DNA from: a virus
Length of the DNA: 50,185 bases
Strand: one strand, 5' to 3'
Virus record (IMG/VR): IMGVR_UViG_3300045988_141000
Shown piece by piece: positions 39,076 through 48,423 of the stretch. Positions within the stretch are counted from its first letter, which is position 1. The number at the start of each line of letters is the position of its first letter. A program made the translations under genes and the position numbers. The notes below the pieces were generated by a model that saw nothing but the letters and a program-made list of their open reading frames with translations, did not search any database and was not told where the DNA came from.

Positions 39076-40554
39076 ATGGCATACAACCACGGGGTAAAAA
39101 TCTCCGAAGTGCCGACTTCTATCCTGCCGCCGGTGCAGGTTGAGGCGGCCATTCCTTTCATCGTCGGGACGGCTCCGGTCAATATGGCAGACCCGACGAA
39201 CGTCAATAAGCCTGTTCTCTGCTACTCGTATGACGAAGCCGTTGCGGCTTTCGGCTACGTTCCGCCGGTAGAGGACAGCGTCAGCGGTCTGAAAAAGTAC
39301 GACTTCACGCTGAGCGAAGCGATCTATTCCCAGTTCGCTCTCTTTGGCGTCGCGCCGATCATTGTGGTCAACGTTCTCGATCCTGCGAAGCACAAGAAGA
39401 CGGCGACGGCAAAGACGGTGACGCTTGACTCGAAGACCGGCTCTGCAACGATTGCAGAGACCGGCATCATCCTGTCGACCCTCAAGCTTTCTCAAGACGT
39501 GACGACCTATCAGGAAGGAACTGATTTCGTAGCGACTTTCAATGACGCGGGGCATCTTGTCATCACGTCGAAGAAGGATGAGGACAGCTTCAAGGTGCCG
39601 GTCGGCGCATCGCTGACGTTTGCGGCTGAAAAGCTCGATCCGTCTGCTGTGACGAAGTCTGAAATCATCGGCGGCGTTTCCGTTGACGGTGCAAAGAGCG
39701 GCCTTGAACTTGTTGGCGAGTGCTTCCCGCGCTTCCGCCTTGTGCCGGGGCAGATCGTCGCTCCGAAATATTCGAGCGATCCGGAGGTGGCGGCTGTGAT
39801 GGCAGCCAAGGCAGTCAATATCAACGAACACTTCCGCGCGATTTCCCTTATCGACGTTCCGACGGACACTGTCGATTCCTATTCGAAGGTCGCGGAATGG
39901 AAGAACAACAACAACGTCGTCGATGAGGCGCAGGTCACTTGCTGGCCGATGCTTGCCCTTTCCGGCACGGCGTACCACATGAGCACGCAGCTCATGGGCC
40001 TTATCGGCAAGGTGGACGGTGACAACGACAGCACTCCGTATGTGTCGCCGTCGAACAAAAACTTCCAGATGACGGCAACGGTCCTCGCGAACGGCAAGGA
40101 AGTCTGGCTCGGACCTGAAAACGGCGCTTATCTGAACGGCCAGGGCGTCGTGACGGCGCTCAACTTCATCGGCGGTTGGGTGTGCTGGGGCAACCGAATG
40201 GCTTGCTACCCGGGCAACACCGACGTGAAGGATTCCTTCATTCCTGTTCGCCGCATGTTCAACTGGATCGGCAACACGCTTGTTCAGACCTTCTGGCAGC
40301 GCGTTGATGCCCCGCTGAATCGTCGTCAGGTCGACACAATCGTTGACAGCGCCAACATCTGGCTGAATGGCCTCGCTGCTCGCCAGTACATTCTCGGCGG
40401 TCGCGTGGAGTTCCTTGAGAGCGAAAACCCGACGACGGACCTTATGGACGGAATCGCACGCTTCCATGTGTACGTGACGCCGCCGTCTCCGAATCGCGAG
40501 ATCGATTTCATTCTTGAGTACGACGCGAGCTATCTCTCGACGCTGTTTGAATAA
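39076..40554 (+). CDS. contractile tail sheath protein
   Basis: MAYNHGVKISEVPTSILPPVQVEAAIPFIVGTAPV typical sheath N-terminus; 492 aa; followed by the tube gene. Confidence 0.9.
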   Translation: MAYNHGVKISEVPTSILPPVQVEAAIPFIVGTAPVNMADPTNVNKPVLCYSYDEAVAAFGYVPPVEDSVSGLKKYDFTLSEAIYSQFALFGVAPIIVVNVLDPAKHKKTATAKTVTLDSKTGSATIAETGIILSTLKLSQDVTTYQEGTDFVATFNDAGHLVITSKKDEDSFKVPVGASLTFAAEKLDPSAVTKSEIIGGVSVDGAKSGLELVGECFPRFRLVPGQIVAPKYSSDPEVAAVMAAKAVNINEHFRAISLIDVPTDTVDSYSKVAEWKNNNNVVDEAQVTCWPMLALSGTAYHMSTQLMGLIGKVDGDNDSTPYVSPSNKNFQMTATVLANGKEVWLGPENGAYLNGQGVVTALNFIGGWVCWGNRMACYPGNTDVKDSFIPVRRMFNWIGNTLVQTFWQRVDAPLNRRQVDTIVDSANIWLNGLAARQYILGGRVEFLESENPTTDLMDGIARFHVYVTPPSPNREIDFILEYDASYLSTLFE

Positions 40555-40567
40555 GGAGGCTTGAATT

Positions 40568-41098
40568 ATGGCAACTGGAAACAAGGTGCCCGAGCGCCTG
40601 ATTAACTTCCGCGTTTACAACGACGGAAACGACTTGCTCGGCGTCGCGAATGTGGACCTGCCGTCCATCGAAGCGATGAGTGACACTGTCAGCGGAGCCG
40701 GGATTGCCGGTGAAGTTGAAAGCCCGATTCTTGGTCATTTCGGCTCGATGACTGCGACCTTCACTTGGCGCACCATCACGCCGGAGCTTGCAAAGCTCGC
40801 GAACCAAAAGGCGCATGCGCTTGACTTGCGCGGATCGCAGCAGGTATACGACGCGGCGCTCGGCGAATATTCGTCTGTTCCCGTGCGCGTGTCTCTGCGT
40901 GCGACGCCAAAGAGCATCTCTCTCGGATCGTTCGAGGTCGGTTCTACGACGGACAGTGAAACCGAGTTTGAGGTGATTTACATGAAGGTCCTTGTGAATG
41001 GCAAGGAACTAATCGAAATCGATAAGTACAACTTCATCGCCAAGTTCGATGGGGAAGACAAGCTCGCCAGCGTTCGAAAGGACCTGGGCTTGGCGTAA
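40568..41098 (+). CDS. tail tube protein
   Basis: NFRVYNDGNDLLGVANVDLPSIEAMSDTVSGAGIAGEVESP typical P2 FII/Mu-type tube pattern. Confidence 0.85.
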   Translation: MATGNKVPERLINFRVYNDGNDLLGVANVDLPSIEAMSDTVSGAGIAGEVESPILGHFGSMTATFTWRTITPELAKLANQKAHALDLRGSQQVYDAALGEYSSVPVRVSLRATPKSISLGSFEVGSTTDSETEFEVIYMKVLVNGKELIEIDKYNFIAKFDGEDKLASVRKDLGLA

Positions 41099-41161
41099 AG
41101 CACAACGCCGGGGGCGGAATGAGCCGTGCCCCGGCAATCCAAAAACAAAGGAGTGAAAAAC

Positions 41162-41437
41162 ATGAAGTACATCCTCTCGAAGGAATATGAGTTCGAAGGC
41201 CAGAAGTACACGGAGATTGAGTTGAACCTTGATGTCCTTACTGGCAAGGATGTGTCTGCGGTGAAGCGCGAATGGGCGCGTGCGGGGAATATTTCTCCGT
41301 TGGTTGCCGTGGACACTGACTTCTGCGTGTACCTTGCTGCGAAGGCCGCGAAGCTTCCGATTGAGTTCATGGAAAACCTTCCCGCCAAGGACTACTGCGC
41401 AATCGGGCAGGAGGTCAGCAATTTTTTGTTAGGGTGA
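41162..41437 (+). CDS. tail assembly chaperone (P2 gpE-like, zero-frame product)
   Basis: ATG 41162 with AAGGAG RBS; position between tube and tape measure; ends 7 nt after the slippery heptamer. Confidence 0.75.
   Translation: MKYILSKEYEFEGQKYTEIELNLDVLTGKDVSAVKREWARAGNISPLVAVDTDFCVYLAAKAAKLPIEFMENLPAKDYCAIGQEVSNFLLG
41422..41428 (+). other. -1 programmed frameshift slippery heptamer T_TTT_TTG
   Basis: Zero frame ..AAT TTT TTG TTA GGG TGA; the -1 frame is open from 41428 to 41619. Confidence 0.7.
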
Positions 41438-41619
41438 TCGGCTTTGCAGAACGGTCTGATCCTGACGACGAGGTCAAGTCGACGGCGGTATCCATCGCAC
41501 GCGTCATGAAAGGCGGTGCGCTTGAGTGGATGCAAGAGCCGCTGATTGAGCTCGCATCATGGAACAGAACGATAACAAAGCAGCTAGAAGCCGAAGCGAA
41601 GGCAAAAAAACGAAAGTGA
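41428..41619 (+). CDS. -1 frame extension of the tail chaperone (P2 E+E-prime-like)
   Basis: No own RBS; GALEWMQEPLIELASWNRT resembles the GpE family C-terminal part; classic chaperone pair upstream of the tape measure. Confidence 0.65.
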   Translation, partial: VRVIGFAERSDPDDEVKSTAVSIARVMKGGALEWMQEPLIELASWNRTITKQLEAEAKAKKRK

Positions 41620-41684
41620 GTTGCTTATTCTGGGACTTCTGTCCCTTTCAACGGTATGCTGTGAGTACTGAAGGAGGGGATTGG

Positions 41685-41789
41685 ATGTTTATGCGTTTAC
41701 TGAACGGCGCTGTTGAAGGCGTTATGACGGTTTTGGGTGTGTTGTTATGGGTCGTGATTCTTTTCGGCCTGTACATCCTGATTTTCTAA
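41685..41789 (+). CDS. 34-aa hydrophobic peptide
   Basis: GAAGGAGGGGA RBS 4 nt before the ATG; MFMRLLNGAVEGVMTVLGVLLWVVILFGLYILIF, one TM helix. Confidence 0.45.
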   Translation: MFMRLLNGAVEGVMTVLGVLLWVVILFGLYILIF

Positions 41790-41813
41790 CGCATCCCAAA
41801 TTTGAAAAGATGG

Positions 41814-41876
41814 AGCTCGCTTTTGGCGGGCTTTTTTCTTTTGTACGGAAAGCTCGTTTCGGCGGGCTTTGTTTTT
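41814..41876 (+). terminator. two tandem similar hairpins with T-runs upstream of the tape-measure gene
   Basis: AGCTCGC-TTTTG-GCGGGCT + T6 (41814-41838) and AGCTCG-TTTCGG-CGGGCT + TTGTTTTT (41851-41876). Confidence 0.5.
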
Positions 41877-41892
41877 GAAAGGAGGTGACCTC

Positions 41893-44487
41893 ATGTCGAA
41901 GGTTTACGACATCGCCTTCAAGATCGCGGGGAAGCTTTCCGGAGACTTCGCGAGCACCTTCAAGAAAGGGCAGGAGACCGTCGCCCGCATGGGTGATTCA
42001 CTCGCTACGCTGAACGCGAAAGCCGCAAAGATGGACGGTCTCGTAAAGGCACGCAAGGCTGTTGGCGAAAGCTCACGAGAGTACATCCGTGCGAAAGAAA
42101 AGGTCGCAGCACTCGGAAGAGCAATGAGCGCGACCAGGGAGCCGTCCGCCCAGATGGTCTCCGAATTCAACAAGGCTAAAGCCGCCCTTGAAAAGTCGAA
42201 GGCGGCTCTTGAGCGGAATCGATCCGCTCTGCGCGAACTTGACGGTCAGATGGGAACAACTGGCACGCATCTGAGGACGCTTATCGAACGACAGAATGCG
42301 CTCGCGCAGTCGGCCGACAGGGCTCGTGCGGCACAGCAGAAGCTCGCGAAGATCAACGAGCGTTTGAGCAAAGCTCAGGGCGTTCAGGATAAGACCAGCG
42401 AAATGCGGTCTTCGAGCGCGGGCGCTCTAATGGGCATTGGCGCTACGGTTGCCGCAACCGCTGGTGCTCCGGTCAAGCAGGCGATGAGCTTTGAAGACCA
42501 ACAGGCTGAGCTCCGAAAGTTCTCGGACGACTACAAGCAAGTCTTCGATGGCATTCAGAAGCTCTCGCTCCAATACGCGAAGAGCACTGAGGACATGACA
42601 GCGATGGCGGCGAACGCCTTCCAGTCCGGTATCGCAAAGACGGCTGACGAGGCTCTGAAGCTCGTTGAGATTCAGAACCAAATGGCCATCGCCTTCGATA
42701 TGACTGGTGATGAGGTCGGTGCTGCATACGCTGACATTCAGTCCAAGATGGGCATCAACATCGAGCAGAGCAAGGCAATGTTCGACATCGTCAACCAGAT
42801 CGGCAATACCACGAGCGCGTCGGCAAAGGACGTCGTCGAGGTGCTTGCTCGATCCGGTGGTGCCCTCAAGGGCTTGACCGCGATGAATGAGAAGCAGATT
42901 GCGGCCCTTGCTGGCTCGTTCCGCTCTGCGTCCGTGTCGTCCGAGGTCGCCTCGACCTCGATGATGTCTTTCATCAATGCGCTGTCATCTGGTGAAGGCG
43001 CAACGAAGGGGCAGAAGAAGGCGATGGAAGCGCTCGGCATCGATGCTGGCAAGATGGCGCACATGATGACGTCGAGCTCTGAAAATGCTCAAAAGGCGAT
43101 TCAGGACGTTTTCAAGCGCATCAACGGTCTGCGTGAAGACCAGAAGTCTTCGATCATCGGTGCTCTCTTCGGTAACGAGGCGGGTGTGAAGTCTGCGGTG
43201 GCAACGCTTGCCAAGCAGGGCGACTTGCTTGCAGGCAACTTCGCGATGATTTCCGATCCGGCGCAGTATGCCGGGTCCATGCTGAAAGAGTTTCAGTCTC
43301 GTGCCGATACGACGTCGAATTCTCTGCAGATTGCAGGTAACGCGGTCAAGCTAGTCGCCGGCGGAATCGGGACCGCTCTTCTTCCGGCTGTCCGAAAGTC
43401 GGCAGAAGCCTTCGTGAAAAGTAGCGAGGGCGTCATCAAGTGGGTGAGTGAGAACCAGTCGTTGATTCTGACGGCCATGAAGGTCGGCGGCGCGATTCTC
43501 GGTTCTGTGGCCGCCTTTCATGCGTTACGCCTTGGCTTCGCGCTTTTGGCGAGCCCGGTCATCTCGATGTACAAGGGTTTCCTGAACATCCAGAAGGCAA
43601 TCACGCTGATGAGGAACAGCACCGTTCTTGCGACGGTCGCGTCAAAGGCTCAGGCCTTTGCGATGGGGGCTTGGAAAATTGCTGTGACGGCTGCGACGGC
43701 AACGGCGAAGCTGATGCGGACAGCGATGCTCCTGCTGAACGGAGCCATGAGAGCGAATCCGGTAGGCGTCGTCATTACGGCTTTCACATTGCTCGTTGGT
43801 GCCGGGCTTGCTGTCTACAAAAACTGGGACGTGATCAAGGCGAAGGCTGTCGAGCTGTGGAATTCGTTCTCCTCGAACTTCCCGAATATCGCTTCGGTCG
43901 TGAAGGCAAACTTTGCGATTGTCGCTGGTGTCGCCAAAAACGTCTGGGGCGTCTTCTCGAACCTGATCGGCTTCGTGAAAAACGTCTTTACCGGACAGTG
44001 GTCTGCGGCCTGGGAGAACGTTAAGGGTATTTTCTCGAATGCTTTTCAGGCGCTTGAGGGTATTGCAAAAGCTCCGATCAACGGCGTCATCAATCTGGTG
44101 AACGGGGCAATCGGCGCGATCAACGGCATCTCGGTTGATATTCCGGAGTGGGTGCCGAAGTTCGGCGGTCAGACCTTCGGCGTCAACCTTCCGAAGATTC
44201 CGCAGCTCGCAGAGGGTGGCATTGCTACTCGCTCGACGCTAGCAAACATCGGCGAAGGCGGAGAGCCCGAGGCAGTCATTCCGCTTTCGAAGCTCTCGAA
44301 CATGCTTGGTGCCAGGGGTGGCATGGGGGGCGGCATCACCGTCAATTTTTCACCTGTTATCAACGTGTCGGGCGGCTCTGGCGATGTCTACGAAGGCGTG
44401 AAGCGCGGCCTTGATGAAGGTCGCCGACAGCTTGAAAAGGACCTGCGTCGCCTTCTGGCGGATCAGCAGCGTCTATCTTTTGCTTAA
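41893..44487 (+). CDS. tail tape measure protein
   Basis: ATG 41893 with GGAGGTGA RBS; 864 aa, Ala-rich coiled coil, central hydrophobic stretch, position after the chaperone pair. Confidence 0.9.
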   Translation: MSKVYDIAFKIAGKLSGDFASTFKKGQETVARMGDSLATLNAKAAKMDGLVKARKAVGESSREYIRAKEKVAALGRAMSATREPSAQMVSEFNKAKAALEKSKAALERNRSALRELDGQMGTTGTHLRTLIERQNALAQSADRARAAQQKLAKINERLSKAQGVQDKTSEMRSSSAGALMGIGATVAATAGAPVKQAMSFEDQQAELRKFSDDYKQVFDGIQKLSLQYAKSTEDMTAMAANAFQSGIAKTADEALKLVEIQNQMAIAFDMTGDEVGAAYADIQSKMGINIEQSKAMFDIVNQIGNTTSASAKDVVEVLARSGGALKGLTAMNEKQIAALAGSFRSASVSSEVASTSMMSFINALSSGEGATKGQKKAMEALGIDAGKMAHMMTSSSENAQKAIQDVFKRINGLREDQKSSIIGALFGNEAGVKSAVATLAKQGDLLAGNFAMISDPAQYAGSMLKEFQSRADTTSNSLQIAGNAVKLVAGGIGTALLPAVRKSAEAFVKSSEGVIKWVSENQSLILTAMKVGGAILGSVAAFHALRLGFALLASPVISMYKGFLNIQKAITLMRNSTVLATVASKAQAFAMGAWKIAVTAATATAKLMRTAMLLLNGAMRANPVGVVITAFTLLVGAGLAVYKNWDVIKAKAVELWNSFSSNFPNIASVVKANFAIVAGVAKNVWGVFSNLIGFVKNVFTGQWSAAWENVKGIFSNAFQALEGIAKAPINGVINLVNGAIGAINGISVDIPEWVPKFGGQTFGVNLPKIPQLAEGGIATRSTLANIGEGGEPEAVIPLSKLSNMLGARGGMGGGITVNFSPVINVSGGSGDVYEGVKRGLDEGRRQLEKDLRRLLADQQRLSFA

Positions 44488-44500
44488 AGGAGGCGGTGAC

Positions 44501-44725
44501 GTGAAGACATACACGACCGTCGCGCAGGATACGTGGGACATCATCGCTAAGCGAGTCTATGGCTCTGAGGCGTTGATGGACCAGCTGATCCGTGCGAACT
44601 TACAGCACCGGAAAACGGTGTTTTTCAGCGCGGGCGTTGTGCTCAATGTGCCGGACATTGACACTGACTCGATGGAGTTTGCTGAGAACCTGCCGCCTTG
44701 GAAACGTCAGGAGGGGACGCGATGA
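44501..44725 (+). CDS. tail protein X (LysM-like)
   Basis: GTG 44501 with AAAGGAGG RBS; YTTVAQDTWDIIAKRVYGSEALMDQLIRANL...AGVVLNVP matches the P2 gpX pattern. Confidence 0.75.
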   Translation: MKTYTTVAQDTWDIIAKRVYGSEALMDQLIRANLQHRKTVFFSAGVVLNVPDIDTDSMEFAENLPPWKRQEGTR

Positions 44726-45819
44726 GTGGACCTATCCAGACGTACTTGAGGCTCCTCTTCACCGAAGCCGGCAAGTCGGTGTCGGAGGACATTCTGCCGG
44801 ACCTGCTCTCTTTCACGTACGACGACAAAGAGACGAATGAGGCGGACGAAATCAGCATTACTTTGAAGGACCCGACAGGGAAGTGGGCGAGCAAGTGGAA
44901 GCCGGACGGCGGCGAAGTCGTCCGCGCTTACATCGCATCGGGGACGGTTGACGGGAAGAAGGGGCGCGAGCTTTTCTGCGGAAAGTTCTTCGTCGATTCT
45001 CTCCGCACCAGTGGCTCGCCTCGTGTCTTCGAGATGCGCGCAGTGTCGATCCCGATGAACACGCCGATCCGACGCAAGATGATCACGAAGGCTTGGGAGA
45101 AAAAGACGCTCAAGGGCATCGCTCAGGAGATCGCGGCGGCCGCGAAAGTCAAGCTCCTCTTTGATTCTAAGGAGAACCCGAGCTACGACCGACAAGATCA
45201 GAAGGCTGAAAGCAACTTGAAGTTCCTCTCGCGCCTATGTGAAGACGCCGGGCTTTCGATCAAGGTGACAGATTCGCAGATCGTGATCTTCGACCAGGCG
45301 TCATACGAGAAGAAAAAGCCCGTCAAAACGCTCACGCTTGGCGTTTCGGACATTCTCTCGTGGGACTTCGAGTCGCAACAGTCTGAGACGTACAAGAGCT
45401 GCACGATCTCGTACAGAAACCCGAAGGAAAAGAAAAAATCCTCGGCTGGCGGCTACGCGTCGGACGAGTACGACATCGATGCTGTGCCCGGCAAAAAGAA
45501 CCCGGCCGTCATGACCTACACCTATGTAGATCCTGACGTCGAGGACAACGGGCAGGAATACCAGATCAAGAAGCGTGCGACATCAATCAACGAGGCGATG
45601 CGAATCGCGAAGGCCACGCTGCGCAAGCTCAATCTTCGGAAGATGACAGGCAGCCTTTCTCTTGTCGGTGACACGTCCCTTGTGGCGGGTGTCGTCATCA
45701 AGCTCAAGGGATTCGGAAGTTTCGACGGCGGTTTCATAATCGAGAGCGCTTCGCACAGCGTCAGCACTAGCGGCTACGTGACGAGCCTTTCGGTTCGCCG
45801 CGTCAACAACAACTACTGA
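44722..45819 (+). CDS. baseplate hub / late control gene D-like protein
   Basis: ATG 44722 (ATGA overlap); LLSFTYDDKETNEADEISITLKD...; size and order as P2 gpD / Mu gpP. Confidence 0.8.
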   Translation: MSGPIQTYLRLLFTEAGKSVSEDILPDLLSFTYDDKETNEADEISITLKDPTGKWASKWKPDGGEVVRAYIASGTVDGKKGRELFCGKFFVDSLRTSGSPRVFEMRAVSIPMNTPIRRKMITKAWEKKTLKGIAQEIAAAAKVKLLFDSKENPSYDRQDQKAESNLKFLSRLCEDAGLSIKVTDSQIVIFDQASYEKKKPVKTLTLGVSDILSWDFESQQSETYKSCTISYRNPKEKKKSSAGGYASDEYDIDAVPGKKNPAVMTYTYVDPDVEDNGQEYQIKKRATSINEAMRIAKATLRKLNLRKMTGSLSLVGDTSLVAGVVIKLKGFGSFDGGFIIESASHSVSTSGYVTSLSVRRVNNNY

Positions 45820-45830
45820 GGAGGTGCGGC

Positions 45831-46538
45831 ATGAACCTATTTGACATGCCAGAGGGGGTGCCGAGCCTCATCAAGATTGGTGAAATCTCGAGCATCGACC
45901 CTGCGAAATGCACAGCCCGCGTGGTCTTCGACGACGAGGATAGCATCGTGAGCTACGACCTCCCCGTTCTTCAGCGCAACTCGCTCAAGAATCACGACTT
46001 CGCGATGCCTGATATTGGGGAGGACGCAATCGTCCTCTTCTTTGGTGAAGGGCAGGAAGACGGCGTCATCATCGGCTCGATTTACGCGGGCGAAGTGACG
46101 CCTCCGGAATCGACGGAGAACCGACGCACGGTGGTCTTCGATGACGATACGCGCGTCTGCTACGACCGCCAGGAGCACAAGCTCACCGTGACGATCGAAG
46201 GCACGGAGATCGTGTTCAACCGTCAGGACGGCTCCATTACGGTCCCGAATGCCGTCACGATCAACTGCACAACGGCGACGGTCAATGCGTCGTCGAGCGT
46301 CACGCTTGACACGCCGAAAACGGACATTACTGGTGTGCTGAACGTCACTGGACTCATTACAGGGAAGGGCGGCCTTGCCGTCAGCGGTGGTTCTGGCGCG
46401 GCAGTGTCCGTTACCGGGGACATGAATCTGCAGGGGCAGGTTGATGCTTCTGGTGACGTTAAGGCAGGCGGCATCAGCCTCATGAACCACGTTCACACTG
46501 AACAAGGTGACGGGGCCGACGTGAGCAAGCCGAAATAA
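45831..46538 (+). CDS. baseplate spike (gpV-like)
   Basis: GEISSIDPAKCTARVVFDDEDSIVSYDLPVLQ OB-fold N-terminus; C-terminal beta-helix and HVHTEQGDG. Confidence 0.8.
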   Translation: MNLFDMPEGVPSLIKIGEISSIDPAKCTARVVFDDEDSIVSYDLPVLQRNSLKNHDFAMPDIGEDAIVLFFGEGQEDGVIIGSIYAGEVTPPESTENRRTVVFDDDTRVCYDRQEHKLTVTIEGTEIVFNRQDGSITVPNAVTINCTTATVNASSSVTLDTPKTDITGVLNVTGLITGKGGLAVSGGSGAAVSVTGDMNLQGQVDASGDVKAGGISLMNHVHTEQGDGADVSKPK

Positions 46539-46555
46539 GAAAGGAGGGCTTTCCT

Positions 46556-46957
46556 ATGGGCTTGGGTTTCAGCGCAGTTGGCATTTTCGGCAAACTGCCT
46601 TTTCTCTGCAGTAGTGCAGTGACATTCACCTTCAAGGACCTGTCTGTCTCGCGCAGCGCCAGATGGGCGACGCACGAAGTGATAGGCAAGAAACCATTAC
46701 TTGAGTACATCGGACCGGGGCTTACGGAGGTCAGCTTCAATATTCAACTGAACTCGATGTTGGGGACGCCGCCTTTGGCAGCGCTCATTCAGCTCAAGAA
46801 AATGCTCGAGAAGAAACAGGCTGAGCGACTGCTCATCGGGCCAGACTACCTTGGAAAGTTCGTCATTGAGTCGATTGGTGAGGAGCGCAAATACCACAAC
46901 AACTTCGGCATCTGCGTGTCTGCAGAGGTCGGCATCACACTGAAGGAGGCGGCGTAA
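46556..46957 (+). CDS. tail protein GpU-like
   Basis: FTFKDLSVSRSARWATHEVIGKKPLLEYIGPGLTEVSF...GKFVIESIGEE parallels the P2 gpU pattern. Confidence 0.65.
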   Translation: MGLGFSAVGIFGKLPFLCSSAVTFTFKDLSVSRSARWATHEVIGKKPLLEYIGPGLTEVSFNIQLNSMLGTPPLAALIQLKKMLEKKQAERLLIGPDYLGKFVIESIGEERKYHNNFGICVSAEVGITLKEAA

Positions 46958-47283
46958 TGGCTCAGTACACAGTGACGCTATCAAGTCAAGTCGACTTCGC
47001 GCCGTCTGACGAGGTGCGAGAGATTCTGCAGAACGTGCGGACGATCCTCAGCACGCGTAAGGGCTCCGTTCCTCTGGACCGAGACTTCGGGCTGACGTGG
47101 GCGCATATCGACAAACCAATGCCGGTTGCAAAGATGCTGATGCGGTCTGAGGTGATTGACGCGATTGAGGAGTACGAGCCAAGAGCAACGGTCGTGTCTG
47201 TCGACTTTGACGAGGACACTGCGAGCGCAATGGACGGCATTTTGAAACCGCGCGTTGTTGTGCAAATCGGAGAGGAGGAATAA
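46957..47283 (+). CDS. baseplate wedge protein gpW / gp25-like
   Basis: ILQNVRTILSTRKGSVPLDRDFGL...IEEYEPR. Confidence 0.85.
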   Translation: MAQYTVTLSSQVDFAPSDEVREILQNVRTILSTRKGSVPLDRDFGLTWAHIDKPMPVAKMLMRSEVIDAIEEYEPRATVVSVDFDEDTASAMDGILKPRVVVQIGEEE

Positions 47284-47286
47284 GAC

Positions 47287-48423
47287 ATGGCTGAAACAAT
47301 TCCCCGTTGGCACTTGCCGGCGGTTGAATTCCTTGAAACGGACGCCGAGACCATCAAGGCCGAGATTATCACTGGGTACGAACAAGCAAGTGGGCGAACC
47401 CTCGCGGCGGGCGACCCAGTACGACTCTACCTTTTGAGCCTTGCTGCCGTCATCATTCAACAGCGCACGGCTGTGAATCTGGCGGCGCAGCAGAACCTGC
47501 TTTCATATGCTCAGGACGGCTACCTCGATGCACTCGGCACGCTTTTGAGCGTTACGCGTCTTTCTGAAAGCAAGGCCGTCACGACGATCAAATTCACGCT
47601 TTCGCAGGCTCTGGCGACGGTCTACACGATCCCTGCAGGAACTGAGGTGACGAACGGTGTTGTGACATTCGCGACGGACCATGAACTCAATATTGAGAAA
47701 GGTAAGCTCGAAGGGAGCGTCACGGCATCCTGCACCGTTGCAGGGACGGTCGGCAACGACTACCTTGCCGGTCAGGTCAACACCATCGTCAAGCCAATGA
47801 CGTTCGTAGCGAAAGCCGAGAACACAACCATCACGACAGGCGGCTCTGAAGCGGAAAGTGACGAGTCCCTTGCCGAGCGCATTCGACTCGCACCGAACGG
47901 CTTCTCTGTTGCGGGGCCTGAGAAGGCGTACGTTTATCACGCGAAGAGCGTGTCGAGCTCCGTGCTTGACGTTTCCGTTACCTCCCCGACACCGGGCGAG
48001 GTCGATGTCTATGTGCTTCTTGCGGGCGGCGAATTGCCTTCCAAAGAAACGCTTGAGCAGATCGATGCGTACTTGAGTGATGAAACGCGTCGACCTCTCA
48101 CGGACTTCGTTCAGGTGCTTGCGCCGAAGGCCGTGAATTACGAGCTTGAGATTCACTACTGGATCAGTCGCGAGGACAGTTCGCGCGCCGAGCAGATCAA
48201 ATCTGATGTCGAAAGGGCGGTCGAAAAATACCGCGTGTGGCAGCAAGGAAAAATCGGTCGCGACATTCTCCCTGCAAGGCTCATTCAGTACGTCATGCAG
48301 GCGGGAGCTTCGCGCATCGACAACCCGACGATGAAGCCAGTTGACTTCCAGAAGCTCGAAAGCGACCAGGTCGCCCAATGCACTGGCGTGAAGATCGTTT
48401 ACGAGGGCTACAAGGATGAGTAA
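47287..48423 (+). CDS. baseplate protein J-like
   Basis: 378 aa after gpW-like; order and size as P2 gpJ / Mu gp47. Confidence 0.8.
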   Translation: MAETIPRWHLPAVEFLETDAETIKAEIITGYEQASGRTLAAGDPVRLYLLSLAAVIIQQRTAVNLAAQQNLLSYAQDGYLDALGTLLSVTRLSESKAVTTIKFTLSQALATVYTIPAGTEVTNGVVTFATDHELNIEKGKLEGSVTASCTVAGTVGNDYLAGQVNTIVKPMTFVAKAENTTITTGGSEAESDESLAERIRLAPNGFSVAGPEKAYVYHAKSVSSSVLDVSVTSPTPGEVDVYVLLAGGELPSKETLEQIDAYLSDETRRPLTDFVQVLAPKAVNYELEIHYWISREDSSRAEQIKSDVERAVEKYRVWQQGKIGRDILPARLIQYVMQAGASRIDNPTMKPVDFQKLESDQVAQCTGVKIVYEGYKDE

